Shown piece after piece: positions 25,057 through 33,947 of a stretch of 35,768 nucleotides of DNA; position 1 is the stretch's first letter, and each line of letters begins with the position of its first letter. The notes beneath the pieces are model-generated. The model searched no databases. It had not been told where the DNA came from and was given only the letters and a program-made list of their open reading frames with translations. The position numbers and the translations under genes are program-made. The stretch comes from a virus (lineage: Duplodnaviria > Caudoviricetes). The DNA is taken from positions 1 through 35,768 of IMG/VR virus record IMGVR_UViG_3300031473_000144; one strand, 5' to 3'.

Positions 25057-25922
25057 GCGACGACTACGTGTTCACCCTGGGCGCAGTGAGTTTCGGCGAT
25101 GGCCAGCTGGTGACCGTGGCCGGGTTCGACCCTGGCGCTGCGGCGTGGCGCACCCAGGACACCCCGGAGCCCATGGGTGACTCGGTGGCGTTCGGCCGCG
25201 ACTACCTCGAGGGCCCCACGTGGGCGTTTCAGATGTTGGTGAAGCGCCCCATGGACCCTGTCGCCGCCCTGGCCGCGTCGGAGCAGCTCGCCGGTGTGTG
25301 GCGGAATCAAGCGGGGCGCCACACACCGGGCGCGGTGCTGGCGTTGCGGTACGGGTTGCCCGGCCGGGTGCGGGTCGTGTACGGCCGCCCACGGCGCTGG
25401 GCCGCATCGGTGGACAACCGGATGGTCAGCGGTGTCATCCCCATCACCGCCGACTTCCAGTGCGCCGACGCACTGCACTACTCCGACGTCGAGGACCGGG
25501 TTGATGTGGGCTTGGTCCCCGCCAGCTTCGGTGGTCTGGTCAGCCCCTTTGTGTCGCCGTTGACGACGGTGGGGGGCAGTACCCGCACTGGTGTGGTGGA
25601 CGTGGGGGGGACAGCACCGGCGTGGTGCCGGGTGCGCCTCACCGGGCCGGGCACCAATCTCCTGGTGCGGGTGGGCGCATGGGAGTTCGGCCTGGCCGGG
25701 TCCCTGGCGGCCGGGGAGTGGGTGGAGGCCAGCGGGGCACCGTGGGCGCGGATGGTGCTCCGCCAGGACGGCACCAGCGGCGGCAGTCTCCTGACCCGTC
25801 GCACCCGACTATCGCAGCTGCAGCTCACGCCCGGTCGCACCGAGGTCCTGTTCACCGGCATCGACGCGACGAACACCGCGAAGGCGTCCGTGTGGTGGCG
25901 CCCCGCTTACCACTCACTGTGA
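25053..25922 (+). CDS. Distal tail (Dit-like) protein
   Basis: Directly after the TMP; FGRDY, VYGRPRR, VGGTAPAW and WRPAY motifs. Confidence 0.8.
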   Translation: MSDDYVFTLGAVSFGDGQLVTVAGFDPGAAAWRTQDTPEPMGDSVAFGRDYLEGPTWAFQMLVKRPMDPVAALAASEQLAGVWRNQAGRHTPGAVLALRYGLPGRVRVVYGRPRRWAASVDNRMVSGVIPITADFQCADALHYSDVEDRVDVGLVPASFGGLVSPFVSPLTTVGGSTRTGVVDVGGTAPAWCRVRLTGPGTNLLVRVGAWEFGLAGSLAAGEWVEASGAPWARMVLRQDGTSGGSLLTRRTRLSQLQLTPGRTEVLFTGIDATNTAKASVWWRPAYHSL

Positions 25923-25940
25923 CCCGAAGGGTTGTGCCTC

Positions 25941-26936
25941 ATGGCGTTTGACGTTCCATTTTTGGTGGGTGGTGGGGCTGAGCACAACGCTGAGGTCTTT
26001 CGGAGGTTGGCTTACGCCGCGACGCAGGGGGCGGAGGGAGTCGTCAGTCCGGGGGACTTCAAGATCACAGCCCTGGGTGTCCCCGGTGGGGCGGTGACCA
26101 TCGCGGCAGGTTCAGCGCATCTGTTGAACCGCTCGGTGGGCGGGGCGCAGCAGACCTACAGTTTCGGGCGGCCCGACGCTTTCGACGTGCCCATCGCACC
26201 CACCACAGCAGCCGGCCCCCGGTCCGACCTGGTCATCATCGATGTGGAGGACCCGCAGTACTCACCGTGGCAGACGCCAGGCACTCCGGGTCGACCAGGC
26301 ACCGTGAAGGCCGGTCCTTACGTCTACGGGCGGGTGCTCAGCGGGGTGCCCGCTACTACCCGGACCGCCAAGGAGCTGAACCTCGGGTACCCGGCGATTG
26401 CCCTGGCACGCATCGACATTCCCGCTTCCACGGGTGCGATCACGGCCGCCATGATCACGGATCTACGGAAGCTGGGTCAGCCTCGCAGCCACCGCGAAAC
26501 CGCCTCCACCGGGTTCGCCACGGCGGCCGCCACCACCGTCACCACCGAGGTGTACACGCGGTGGCTTACCCAGTTTCAGCCGAGCATCCTTATCCCGGAG
26601 TGGGCCACGGAGTGCAACATCTTCGTGCACATGTCGGGGGTGGTGCGCACCGGCGGCCCGGTAGGGACCGAGCTGCGGGTGCTGTTCGGGAGTGGGGTGT
26701 CCGGGGGGGAAATCCTGGAGTTCGACTCCGAGCCGGCGCCGGCCGCGAACAGCACGGGCCGCGAAGCGTTCACCCTCACGGGCGGGGCATTCTTCACCGC
26801 GGCGGAGCGCGGCACCGTGCAGGACGTGGTGGTCGAGGGGCGCATCCTGTTTCCCGCCTCGTTCCCCGGGCGCCTGCGAGTCGAGGACGGGTCGCAGGCG
26901 GCTGTCGACGTGCAGTTCTATGAGCGGGCGGTCTGA
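25941..26936 (+). CDS. Minor tail/baseplate protein
   Basis: GVVSPGDFKI..PRSDLVI..DPQY..IALARIDIPA..AMITDLR pattern. Confidence 0.8.
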   Translation: MAFDVPFLVGGGAEHNAEVFRRLAYAATQGAEGVVSPGDFKITALGVPGGAVTIAAGSAHLLNRSVGGAQQTYSFGRPDAFDVPIAPTTAAGPRSDLVIIDVEDPQYSPWQTPGTPGRPGTVKAGPYVYGRVLSGVPATTRTAKELNLGYPAIALARIDIPASTGAITAAMITDLRKLGQPRSHRETASTGFATAAATTVTTEVYTRWLTQFQPSILIPEWATECNIFVHMSGVVRTGGPVGTELRVLFGSGVSGGEILEFDSEPAPAANSTGREAFTLTGGAFFTAAERGTVQDVVVEGRILFPASFPGRLRVEDGSQAAVDVQFYERAV

Positions 26937-28058
26937 GTGGCGTGGCGGTACCTGGCGCAGCGTCTGTCGGATGGGGTGTGGTTGGACACCGACCTGCCCC
27001 TGGGTGGAGTGCAGATCACCGACACCCTGTCCGGCCCGGGTGGGTTGTCGGCGACGATCACCCCCGAAGTGGCCAGGCTCAAAACCTCCGACGGGTCACC
27101 GTTGCTGGTGGAGTGGTCCACCGCCGTCTACGCGGAGGCCGACGGGCAGATCCGGTCGGGCGCCATCCTCACCTCGTCGGCGTTCGGTGCTGCGGGTCAG
27201 TGGAAACTGGACTGCACAGGGTTCGCCGGGTACCCCCAGGGCATGCCCTACGGCGGGGACGTCTCGTTCGTCGACGCTGATCCCCTGGACATCGCCCGCC
27301 ACATCTGGGTGCACCTGCAGTCCCAGCCGGGTGGTGACCTGGGGGTGCAGGTCGACGCGACGGTGAGCCCGGTGCGGGTGGGTGAGCCGGTGCGCGACGT
27401 CGCGTTCACTACCGGTGCCGGTGTCGCGGTGGGGTTTCAGGCCGGTCCCCGGAAACTCAACTGGTGGTCGACCGACGACCTCGGGAAAGAGCTGGACAAC
27501 CTGGCGAGGGAAACCCCCTTCGACTACCACGAGGAACACCGCTGGAACGGGGAGCGGGTCGAGCACTTCCTGCGCCTGGGGTACCCGCGGCTGGGACGAC
27601 GGCGCACCGATCTGCGCTTCGTCGTGGGCGAGAACATCGCGGTGCTGCCGGAACCCACCCGTGACGGCGCCGGGTTCGCCAACACCGTGGTCAGCCTGGG
27701 GTCGGGTGAGGGCCGGGACATGGTGCGCGGCGCCGACGTGAGCGTGGCCGATGGGCGGGTGCGGCGGGTGGCGGTCGTCGCGGACAAAGCCCTCCGCGAC
27801 CCCGCTCAGCTCACCGCGGTGGGGCGCCGCGAGCTCGGGGTGCGTCAAGGCCTCCTCGACGTCACCCGGGTGGTGGTGCGTGATCACCCCAACGCCCCGG
27901 TGGGTGCGGTGGCGGTGGGCGACGAGATCCGGGTGGTGGGCGAATTGGGGTGGGTGGACATGGACCTGTGGTTTCGGGTGGTGGCCGCCACCATCACCCC
28001 CGAAGCGGCGGACACCGCCGCATACACGGTGGTGCGCTCCGATAAGGCGGCGTTGTGA
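26937..28058 (+). CDS. Minor tail protein (Gp37/Tal hub-like)
   Basis: LSGPGGL, GYPRLGRRR..LRFVVGENI and GSGEG motifs. Confidence 0.8.
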   Translation: MAWRYLAQRLSDGVWLDTDLPLGGVQITDTLSGPGGLSATITPEVARLKTSDGSPLLVEWSTAVYAEADGQIRSGAILTSSAFGAAGQWKLDCTGFAGYPQGMPYGGDVSFVDADPLDIARHIWVHLQSQPGGDLGVQVDATVSPVRVGEPVRDVAFTTGAGVAVGFQAGPRKLNWWSTDDLGKELDNLARETPFDYHEEHRWNGERVEHFLRLGYPRLGRRRTDLRFVVGENIAVLPEPTRDGAGFANTVVSLGSGEGRDMVRGADVSVADGRVRRVAVVADKALRDPAQLTAVGRRELGVRQGLLDVTRVVVRDHPNAPVGAVAVGDEIRVVGELGWVDMDLWFRVVAATITPEAADTAAYTVVRSDKAAL

Positions 28059-28990
28059 GCAGCGTCGACGAGTTGGCCCGCACCATCGCGCAGGTGCAGC
28101 AGCGGCTGCGGGACTTGGAGCGGAAACCGCAGCTCGCGGATTCGTCCATCGAAGACGGGGGGATCAACGAATACGACATCGATGGCCGGATCGGCTCGCG
28201 TCTTGGCCAGCAGTTCGACGGCACCCACGCTGCGATCAGCCTGTCGGGGCCGAAGCCGCCTACGCCGACCGCTGCGACGGTTACACCGGTCTTGGGTGGC
28301 TTGAAGATCCACTTCGATGGCACGTTCGCTGGCGCGATCGCGCCCATGGACTACGCCCGGGTGGAGGCGCAGGCATCCACCGACCCGACGTTCCCCGCGA
28401 CGTCTGCTGTGACGCTGCGAGGAACGTTCGAGTCGCCCCGGGGTGGAGACATCACCGTGTCCCTGCCGCCGGTGCCGCACTATGTGCGCCTGGTGTGCCG
28501 GTCCCTCTCCGGGGGCTTCTCCACCCCGTCCGCGGCCGTTGCCGGCACTCCCATTGCGTTCGGGGATCTGCTGTCGGATGGCCGGCCGCCGGCTGCGTCG
28601 CCCACCCCAACGCTGACCGGGGGCATCGGCACCCTGTTCGTGGTGTGGCCGGCGGAGGCCAACACCGACCAGGTCACCTACGACGTGCACCTATCCGCCG
28701 TCCTGGCGTTCGTCGCGGTGCCGGCGACGAGGGCGGTCACCACCACCGGGACCCAGGCGGTGCTCCGCACCCTCCCTGACACCACCCCCCTGGTCAACGG
28801 GGTGACCTACGGGGTGCGTGTGGTGGCCCGAGACCGCGACGGCGTCGCCCCCCCGGGCCCGGTCGTCACCGGTCAGATGGCTCTGCTCAATACCCCCGAC
28901 ATCGCGCCGGGTGCGATTGACGCCCCACAGCTCGCTGACTTCATCCTGACCGCCCGCAAGTTCCGCACCCAACAGCACCTCCTCTACTGA
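28055..28990 (+). CDS. Minor tail protein with two FN3-like domains
   Basis: N-terminal coiled coil, duplicated P.PT...GG(L/I) ... Y.VR(L/V)V.R units, C-terminal QQHLLY. Confidence 0.75.
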   Translation: MSSVDELARTIAQVQQRLRDLERKPQLADSSIEDGGINEYDIDGRIGSRLGQQFDGTHAAISLSGPKPPTPTAATVTPVLGGLKIHFDGTFAGAIAPMDYARVEAQASTDPTFPATSAVTLRGTFESPRGGDITVSLPPVPHYVRLVCRSLSGGFSTPSAAVAGTPIAFGDLLSDGRPPAASPTPTLTGGIGTLFVVWPAEANTDQVTYDVHLSAVLAFVAVPATRAVTTTGTQAVLRTLPDTTPLVNGVTYGVRVVARDRDGVAPPGPVVTGQMALLNTPDIAPGAIDAPQLADFILTARKFRTQQHLLY

Positions 28991-29002
28991 GAGGTACCGC
29001 AG

Positions 29003-29953
29003 ATGTTTTTGCCAAAGACGATTATCGAGTTCCTCCCTCAGCGGCGCCGCGGATTGACCGCGCATGACGTGCGAGCCATCGTGCACGGGGAGATGGCGCA
29101 CTTCCTCCGCGACGTCGAGTTCCGAGTTGCCCAGGCTTACGACGTGGAGCGTCGCACGGGTTCCGGAGGCAAGGTCTACGCCGAGGATCTCGTGCTGCAG
29201 CGCCACGCGCTGACGGGTTACACCGTCACGAACAACACCCCGGCAGCCGGGAGCATCGCCTGGACCTCGCTGCACGTCGTCTACAACGGCACCGATTACC
29301 TGCTGACGGACGGGAACACCGCGGCCCGCTACGCCTGGTTCGCGCCCGGAACCAGCGCGACGATCATGCAGACCTCGAACGTGAAGCCCACCCTGCTGGC
29401 GTCGGACACGCTGGTCTTCGTCAACGACGGCGGCATTGCCAGGGTGGCCGTGGATTCTTCGATCCCGGCTGCGGTGGGGAACAACTCGATCGACGCCGCC
29501 GCCATCCTCGCCGGGGCGGTGGGCGCAGCTGCCATCGCCGCAGGCGCGGTCGGCGGCGCGGCCCTGGCGGCCGGAGCGGTTGGTGCGGGCAAGATCGCGG
29601 CTGGCGCGGTGGGCAGCCCGGAGCTAGCCGGTGGCGCCGTGACCCTGGGGAAGATTTCCGGCGGAGCGGTCGAGGCAGGAAACCTGGCTGGCGGTTCCGT
29701 CACAGGAGCTGCGCTCGCCGCTGGCGCCGTGGGCACCACCGCCCTGGCCGATGGGTCGATCACTGGCCCGAAGGTCGGCGTGGGGCAGATCGGGGGGGCT
29801 CAGATCGCCGATGGCAGCGTGTCCACCGCCGAGCTGGGTGCCCAGGCAGTCCAGGCCGGGAACATCGGAACCGGCCAGGTCGGCGCCACACAGCTCGGGG
29901 CAGGCGCGATCACGGCGCCGAAGTTGAACATCCTCAACCACGTCCTCTACTGA
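29003..29953 (+). CDS. Tail fibre segment with 10-aa Gly/Ala repeats
   Basis: About 15 copies of a (I/L)AxG(A/S)V(G/T)xxx decapeptide; C-terminal LNHVLY. Confidence 0.75.
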   Translation: MFLPKTIIEFLPQRRRGLTAHDVRAIVHGEMAHFLRDVEFRVAQAYDVERRTGSGGKVYAEDLVLQRHALTGYTVTNNTPAAGSIAWTSLHVVYNGTDYLLTDGNTAARYAWFAPGTSATIMQTSNVKPTLLASDTLVFVNDGGIARVAVDSSIPAAVGNNSIDAAAILAGAVGAAAIAAGAVGGAALAAGAVGAGKIAAGAVGSPELAGGAVTLGKISGGAVEAGNLAGGSVTGAALAAGAVGTTALADGSITGPKVGVGQIGGAQIADGSVSTAELGAQAVQAGNIGTGQVGATQLGAGAITAPKLNILNHVLY

Positions 29954-29967
29954 GCCCAGGAGTCCCC

Positions 29968-30096
29968 ATGTCGGAGAAGAAGACTGCTGCGCCCGTTAAG
30001 CCGAAGAAGGCGCCGGTGAAGCCGAAGTTGGATCGGACGGTGCAGCCCATGCCGCAGCGTGAGCAGCCCGACCCCGAGCACGGGCACAAGAAGTAA
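29968..30096 (+). CDS. 42-aa Lys/Pro-rich hypothetical protein (not in ORF track)
   Basis: RBS CAGGAG, ATG 29968, TAA 30094-30096, fills the intergenic gap; MSEKKTAAPVKPKKAPVKPK... Confidence 0.6.
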   Translation: MSEKKTAAPVKPKKAPVKPKLDRTVQPMPQREQPDPEHGHKK

Positions 30097-30099
30097 GCG

Positions 30100-32019
30100 G
30101 TGGCCGCACCCACGCTCACCGCCAACACCCCGCAGGTCGGGGCGATCACCTGGTCGGCCTTCACCATCCAGTACGCCGGAGTGTCCTTCCCCATCCCCAC
30201 GGGGTGGACGGGCAACAAGCTTGTGTGGTGGCTGTACAACGGCGGTGCCGGCGGCCCGTTGCAGGCCGGGGATATCCTCCCGACGCTCGGTGCCGACGAC
30301 CTTCTGCTGTTCCTGAACAAGAACGGAACGCCGGTTAACGCCGTCAGCGCGTCCATCGTGGACGGTTCGATCATCGTTACCGGGTCGATCCTGGCGGACG
30401 CCATTGCCGCGAACACCCTGACCGGCGGGAAGCTGATCGTCGGCGCCGTGTCTGCCCGCGAGGTGGCAGCCAATGCGATTACCGCGACGCAGCTCGCCGC
30501 GAACAGCGTGGTCGCCGACAAGCTGGCCGCGAACAGTGTCATCGCCGGCAAGGTGGCGGCGGACAGCATCACCGCCACGGAGATTGCGGCCCGGACGATC
30601 ACCGCGGCGGAGCTGGTGGTCGGCACCATCACCGCAGCGAGCGGAATCCTGGCCGCCCTGTCGGTCACCGATGCGAACATTGCCAACCTCAGTGTCGGCA
30701 AGCTGGTGGCAGGTTCACTGACTGCAGACATCACCCTATCGGCGCAGATCAAGACTGCGGACACAGGCGCTCGCGTAGTGCTGAGCGCACTGGGCCTGAG
30801 GGCTTTCAATGCTGCGGGCGCTCTGACCGTGGCAATCAACACGGATGGCACCGCATCGTTTACTGGCACCATCACTGGTTCCAGTATTTCGGGGTCCCGC
30901 TTTGCCACCTCAGCCGGTCCGCTGAACAGTGAGCAGTACATCGAGATAGCGCCAAATACCGCATATGTCGGTGCACCGATTTTGCAAGCTATTCGCTTTA
31001 GCATGGGTAGTAACGGACCGGAAGGAGTTAACTGGACAGTTGGCGAAACGGTTTATAGTGGACGCTTGACTCATTACTATGACCTCGCTTCTCCAACCAA
31101 AACCGTGGATATGCAAATAGGTCCGGGTTTCGATACTCGGGTACATTTGTATGAAACTTTCATGAAGATGACTAATGATACCTCTGGCGGGAAGATTTTC
31201 GCTCAAAGCGCGTCTATAACTTTGCGCGGCGACGGTGGGACTGGAAGTATTGGCCTCAGTAATACTGGGGTCGAGATTAATGCATTCGGTGCTAACGGAA
31301 ACATAAGCCTTACAACCTCGGGCAAATCAATACTTCTTAACGCCCGCGCAGATGTTACTCTGTATTCCGATAAGGTATTTATTGGCAACGGGTTGCCGCT
31401 AAGTCGTATTCCGGGTCAGAGGCGGAATCAACTCTACGCCTTGTTAGTCGGGGGTAATAACATTGCGGATAATACATACCAATCGGATGGGGCCATTTGC
31501 CTGGGCACCACCCTGGTTGATGTTCAAGCTCGCTATGAGTCGCACAACAACTTGGATTCGACTGCGGGAAACGGTGGTAGGTGGGCGTTCTTTCGCGGAG
31601 CCGGATTTGCCGTGCAGTCCGATGAGCGGTCTAAGACTGGCATCGAAAGCCTGGAAGATATGGACGTGCTCCGTGTGCTCCGCCAGGCGCCCGCTACTCG
31701 GTGGAAGCGGAAGGACAACGGCGAGCGGGCCGAACTCGAAGATTCCGATGGCAACAATATCCCGGGACCACCGCCGCTGGACATCGTTCACCTGAGCCCG
31801 ATGGCTCAGGACATACCCGCCTTTTTGCAGCGCCCCATGGGCATCACCGGCCTATCGGACGGTCTGGGCTACGACCTGGGAGACATGGTTGGCCTGCTTT
31901 GGGAGACCTGCCGCCGTCTTGACCAAGAGCTGGACCAATTCCGCAAAGTGAAGCCACGTCGCCAGCACGCCACCGATGTGATCGCTCGCGCCGAACGAGA
32001 GAATGGATACACCGCATGA
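30100..32019 (+). CDS. Tail fibre/receptor-binding protein with C-terminal peptidase S74 intramolecular chaperone
   Basis: Decapeptide repeats (ITAxxLAANS), a low-GC beta-rich middle, and the S74 motif QSDERSKTGI..W..MAQD..YDL..L..L. Confidence 0.85.
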   Translation: MAAPTLTANTPQVGAITWSAFTIQYAGVSFPIPTGWTGNKLVWWLYNGGAGGPLQAGDILPTLGADDLLLFLNKNGTPVNAVSASIVDGSIIVTGSILADAIAANTLTGGKLIVGAVSAREVAANAITATQLAANSVVADKLAANSVIAGKVAADSITATEIAARTITAAELVVGTITAASGILAALSVTDANIANLSVGKLVAGSLTADITLSAQIKTADTGARVVLSALGLRAFNAAGALTVAINTDGTASFTGTITGSSISGSRFATSAGPLNSEQYIEIAPNTAYVGAPILQAIRFSMGSNGPEGVNWTVGETVYSGRLTHYYDLASPTKTVDMQIGPGFDTRVHLYETFMKMTNDTSGGKIFAQSASITLRGDGGTGSIGLSNTGVEINAFGANGNISLTTSGKSILLNARADVTLYSDKVFIGNGLPLSRIPGQRRNQLYALLVGGNNIADNTYQSDGAICLGTTLVDVQARYESHNNLDSTAGNGGRWAFFRGAGFAVQSDERSKTGIESLEDMDVLRVLRQAPATRWKRKDNGERAELEDSDGNNIPGPPPLDIVHLSPMAQDIPAFLQRPMGITGLSDGLGYDLGDMVGLLWETCRRLDQELDQFRKVKPRRQHATDVIARAERENGYTA

Positions 32020-32240
32020 GCGCACAACCGGACGGCGCCACCCGTTGCGACCGGTGCGGCACCGACGTCGGCAACGGTGGCATCGACCGCGCGGTGGTAG
32101 CCGCCGACCACACCGCCGGTGGCGGAATGGTGACCTACCACTTCTGCCGCGAGAACGGGTGCGCGAGAACCGTGCTCGACAAAACAAACCTGAAGGCCCG
32201 CAAAGCATCCGGGCAGGAAGTTGGGGTGGCCACATCATGA
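32016..32240 (+). CDS. Small Cys4 Zn-binding protein
   Basis: CDRCG..HFCRENGC; ATGA overlaps. Confidence 0.7.
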   Translation: MSAQPDGATRCDRCGTDVGNGGIDRAVVAADHTAGGGMVTYHFCRENGCARTVLDKTNLKARKASGQEVGVATS

Positions 32241-32455
32241 GTGAAGTGAACGCGCAAGGCCCGGTGAGCATCGACCCGCAGCTGTACGCCGCCAGGCTGG
32301 CCGAGGCCTACCAGGAGCAGCTACATGCGGCATTGGACGGGCGGGCAAAGTTCGCCGCCCTGGCGGACATGCAGGCCACGCGCCTGGCCACCGCCGAGAC
32401 GGAGCGAGACGCGGCCCGCGCCGAGCTGGACGAGCTGCGTAAGGAACCGACCTGA
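32237..32455 (+). CDS. Small coiled-coil protein
   Basis: ATGA start overlap, TGATG end overlap, heptad pattern. Confidence 0.7.
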   Translation: MSEVNAQGPVSIDPQLYAARLAEAYQEQLHAALDGRAKFAALADMQATRLATAETERDAARAELDELRKEPT

Positions 32456-32811
32456 TGCTGTGGTCGTGGCCAGGCTCCACGATCACCCGTGTCATCGACG
32501 GCGACTCGCTCACCGCCCGGCTCACCCGCGACATCGGCTTCCACGGGATCGTCACCTTTGAGCAGCGGCTGCGCCTGTGGGGCATCAACACCCCGCCGGT
32601 GAAGAGCGTGCAGGGCGCTGCCGCCACAGCCCTGGTCACCGAACTGGTGACAGGCGCCGCGGTGGGTATCGACACGGTGAAACCGTACAAGTACGGCGAC
32701 GAGTGGATGGCCGTGATCACGTTGCCGGATGGGCGTGATGTGGCCACCGCCCTCATCGACGCTGGCCTCGCAGTTGCGTGGGATGGGCGCGGTCCCCGCC
32801 CCGGCGGGTAA
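32455..32811 (+). CDS. Thermonuclease (SNase)-family protein, degenerate active site
   Basis: RVIDGDS, RLRLWGINTP, KYG and LIDAGLA motifs. Confidence 0.85.
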   Translation: MLWSWPGSTITRVIDGDSLTARLTRDIGFHGIVTFEQRLRLWGINTPPVKSVQGAAATALVTELVTGAAVGIDTVKPYKYGDEWMAVITLPDGRDVATALIDAGLAVAWDGRGPRPGG

Positions 32812-32896
32812 CACCGCGCAGGGCGCCACCACCGACGAATCCCTGGCCTCCTATATCGAGAACATCGCGTGGCTCGACACGAAAGGACTCTGAACG

Positions 32897-33946
32897 GTGA
32901 CGATCTTCGGCCCCGACATCGCCAACTTCCAGGCCGGCCTGAACCTCGCGCAGGTCAAAGCCGAAGGTTTCGATTTCGTGTTCTGCAAGGTCTCCGAGGG
33001 CAACTACTTCCAGGACCGCACCTGGCCCGGTTTCCGCGACGCCGCCCGCGCGAACGGTCTGCTGCTCGCCGGGTACCACTACGTGCGCGGCGACAACACC
33101 CCGGACTCACAGGCGGACACGTTCGTCCAGCAGCTCGGGGACAACAGCATTCCCGCGATGCTGGACTTCGAAGCCAACGGCGGGAACATCGATCAGTTCT
33201 GGGCGGTGCTCAACGCCATCCAAGCCCGGGGTGTGCACGTCGCCCTGTCCTACATCCCGCGGTGGTATTGGCAGCAGATCGGTTCCCCCAACATCGCCGC
33301 GGTGCCAGGCCTGATCCAGTCGTCGTACGTGTCGGGGTCTGGTGTTGCGTCGGCACTGTACCCCGGTGACCAGGCTGGGAACTGGGCGGGGTTCGGTGGT
33401 CGCAACGTGGACATCTTGCAGTTCACCGACGCCGCCAGCATCGCCGGGAAAGCCGTGGACTGCAACGCGTTCCGTGGCACCCGTGACCAACTCGCCGCCC
33501 TCCTCGGCGGCGCCACACCCGCAGTAATCACCCAGGAGGATGACATGGCAGTGACACCCAGCTTCGAGCCTGACGTACGCGGCTCCCTGGCCGCCATCAG
33601 CAAGGAGGTGGCAGGGCTCAGCCAGCTCAACAGAGACCTTCGCGGTGACTTGGCGCAGAAAACCGCTCAGATAGCGCGCCTGGAGGCGCTGCTCTCGTGG
33701 GGCGTCGGCCGCGACCCCGCCGCCAACCCGCCGACCTTCGACGGTGTCCCTTGGGTTGGGTCCCCTCGACAGATCGCCACCGCCGCCCTCATGGCAGCGG
33801 AGACCGCCGCGGCCCGGGCCGCTGACTGCTCCCGCAAGCTCGACGCGATCCTCGCCGCACCGGCCGGTGTGCCCGGTGCAGCCCCCGATGTGACCGCGGC
33901 GTTGAAGAGCGCCCTGGCCACCCTCACCATGAAAGCGAGCACCTGA
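32897..33946 (+). CDS. Endolysin, GH25 muramidase with helical C-terminal region
   Basis: GPDIANFQ, FVFCKVSEG, GYHY, MLDFEA, ILQFTD and VDCNAFRG motifs. Confidence 0.92.
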   Translation: MTIFGPDIANFQAGLNLAQVKAEGFDFVFCKVSEGNYFQDRTWPGFRDAARANGLLLAGYHYVRGDNTPDSQADTFVQQLGDNSIPAMLDFEANGGNIDQFWAVLNAIQARGVHVALSYIPRWYWQQIGSPNIAAVPGLIQSSYVSGSGVASALYPGDQAGNWAGFGGRNVDILQFTDAASIAGKAVDCNAFRGTRDQLAALLGGATPAVITQEDDMAVTPSFEPDVRGSLAAISKEVAGLSQLNRDLRGDLAQKTAQIARLEALLSWGVGRDPAANPPTFDGVPWVGSPRQIATAALMAAETAAARAADCSRKLDAILAAPAGVPGAAPDVTAALKSALATLTMKAST

Positions 33947-33947
33947 G

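Noticed and set aside
28055-32019. Diversity-generating retroelement or shufflon acting on tail fibres
   Set aside because: No reverse transcriptase, no TR/VR pair differing at adenines, and no invertase or inverted crossover sites were seen.
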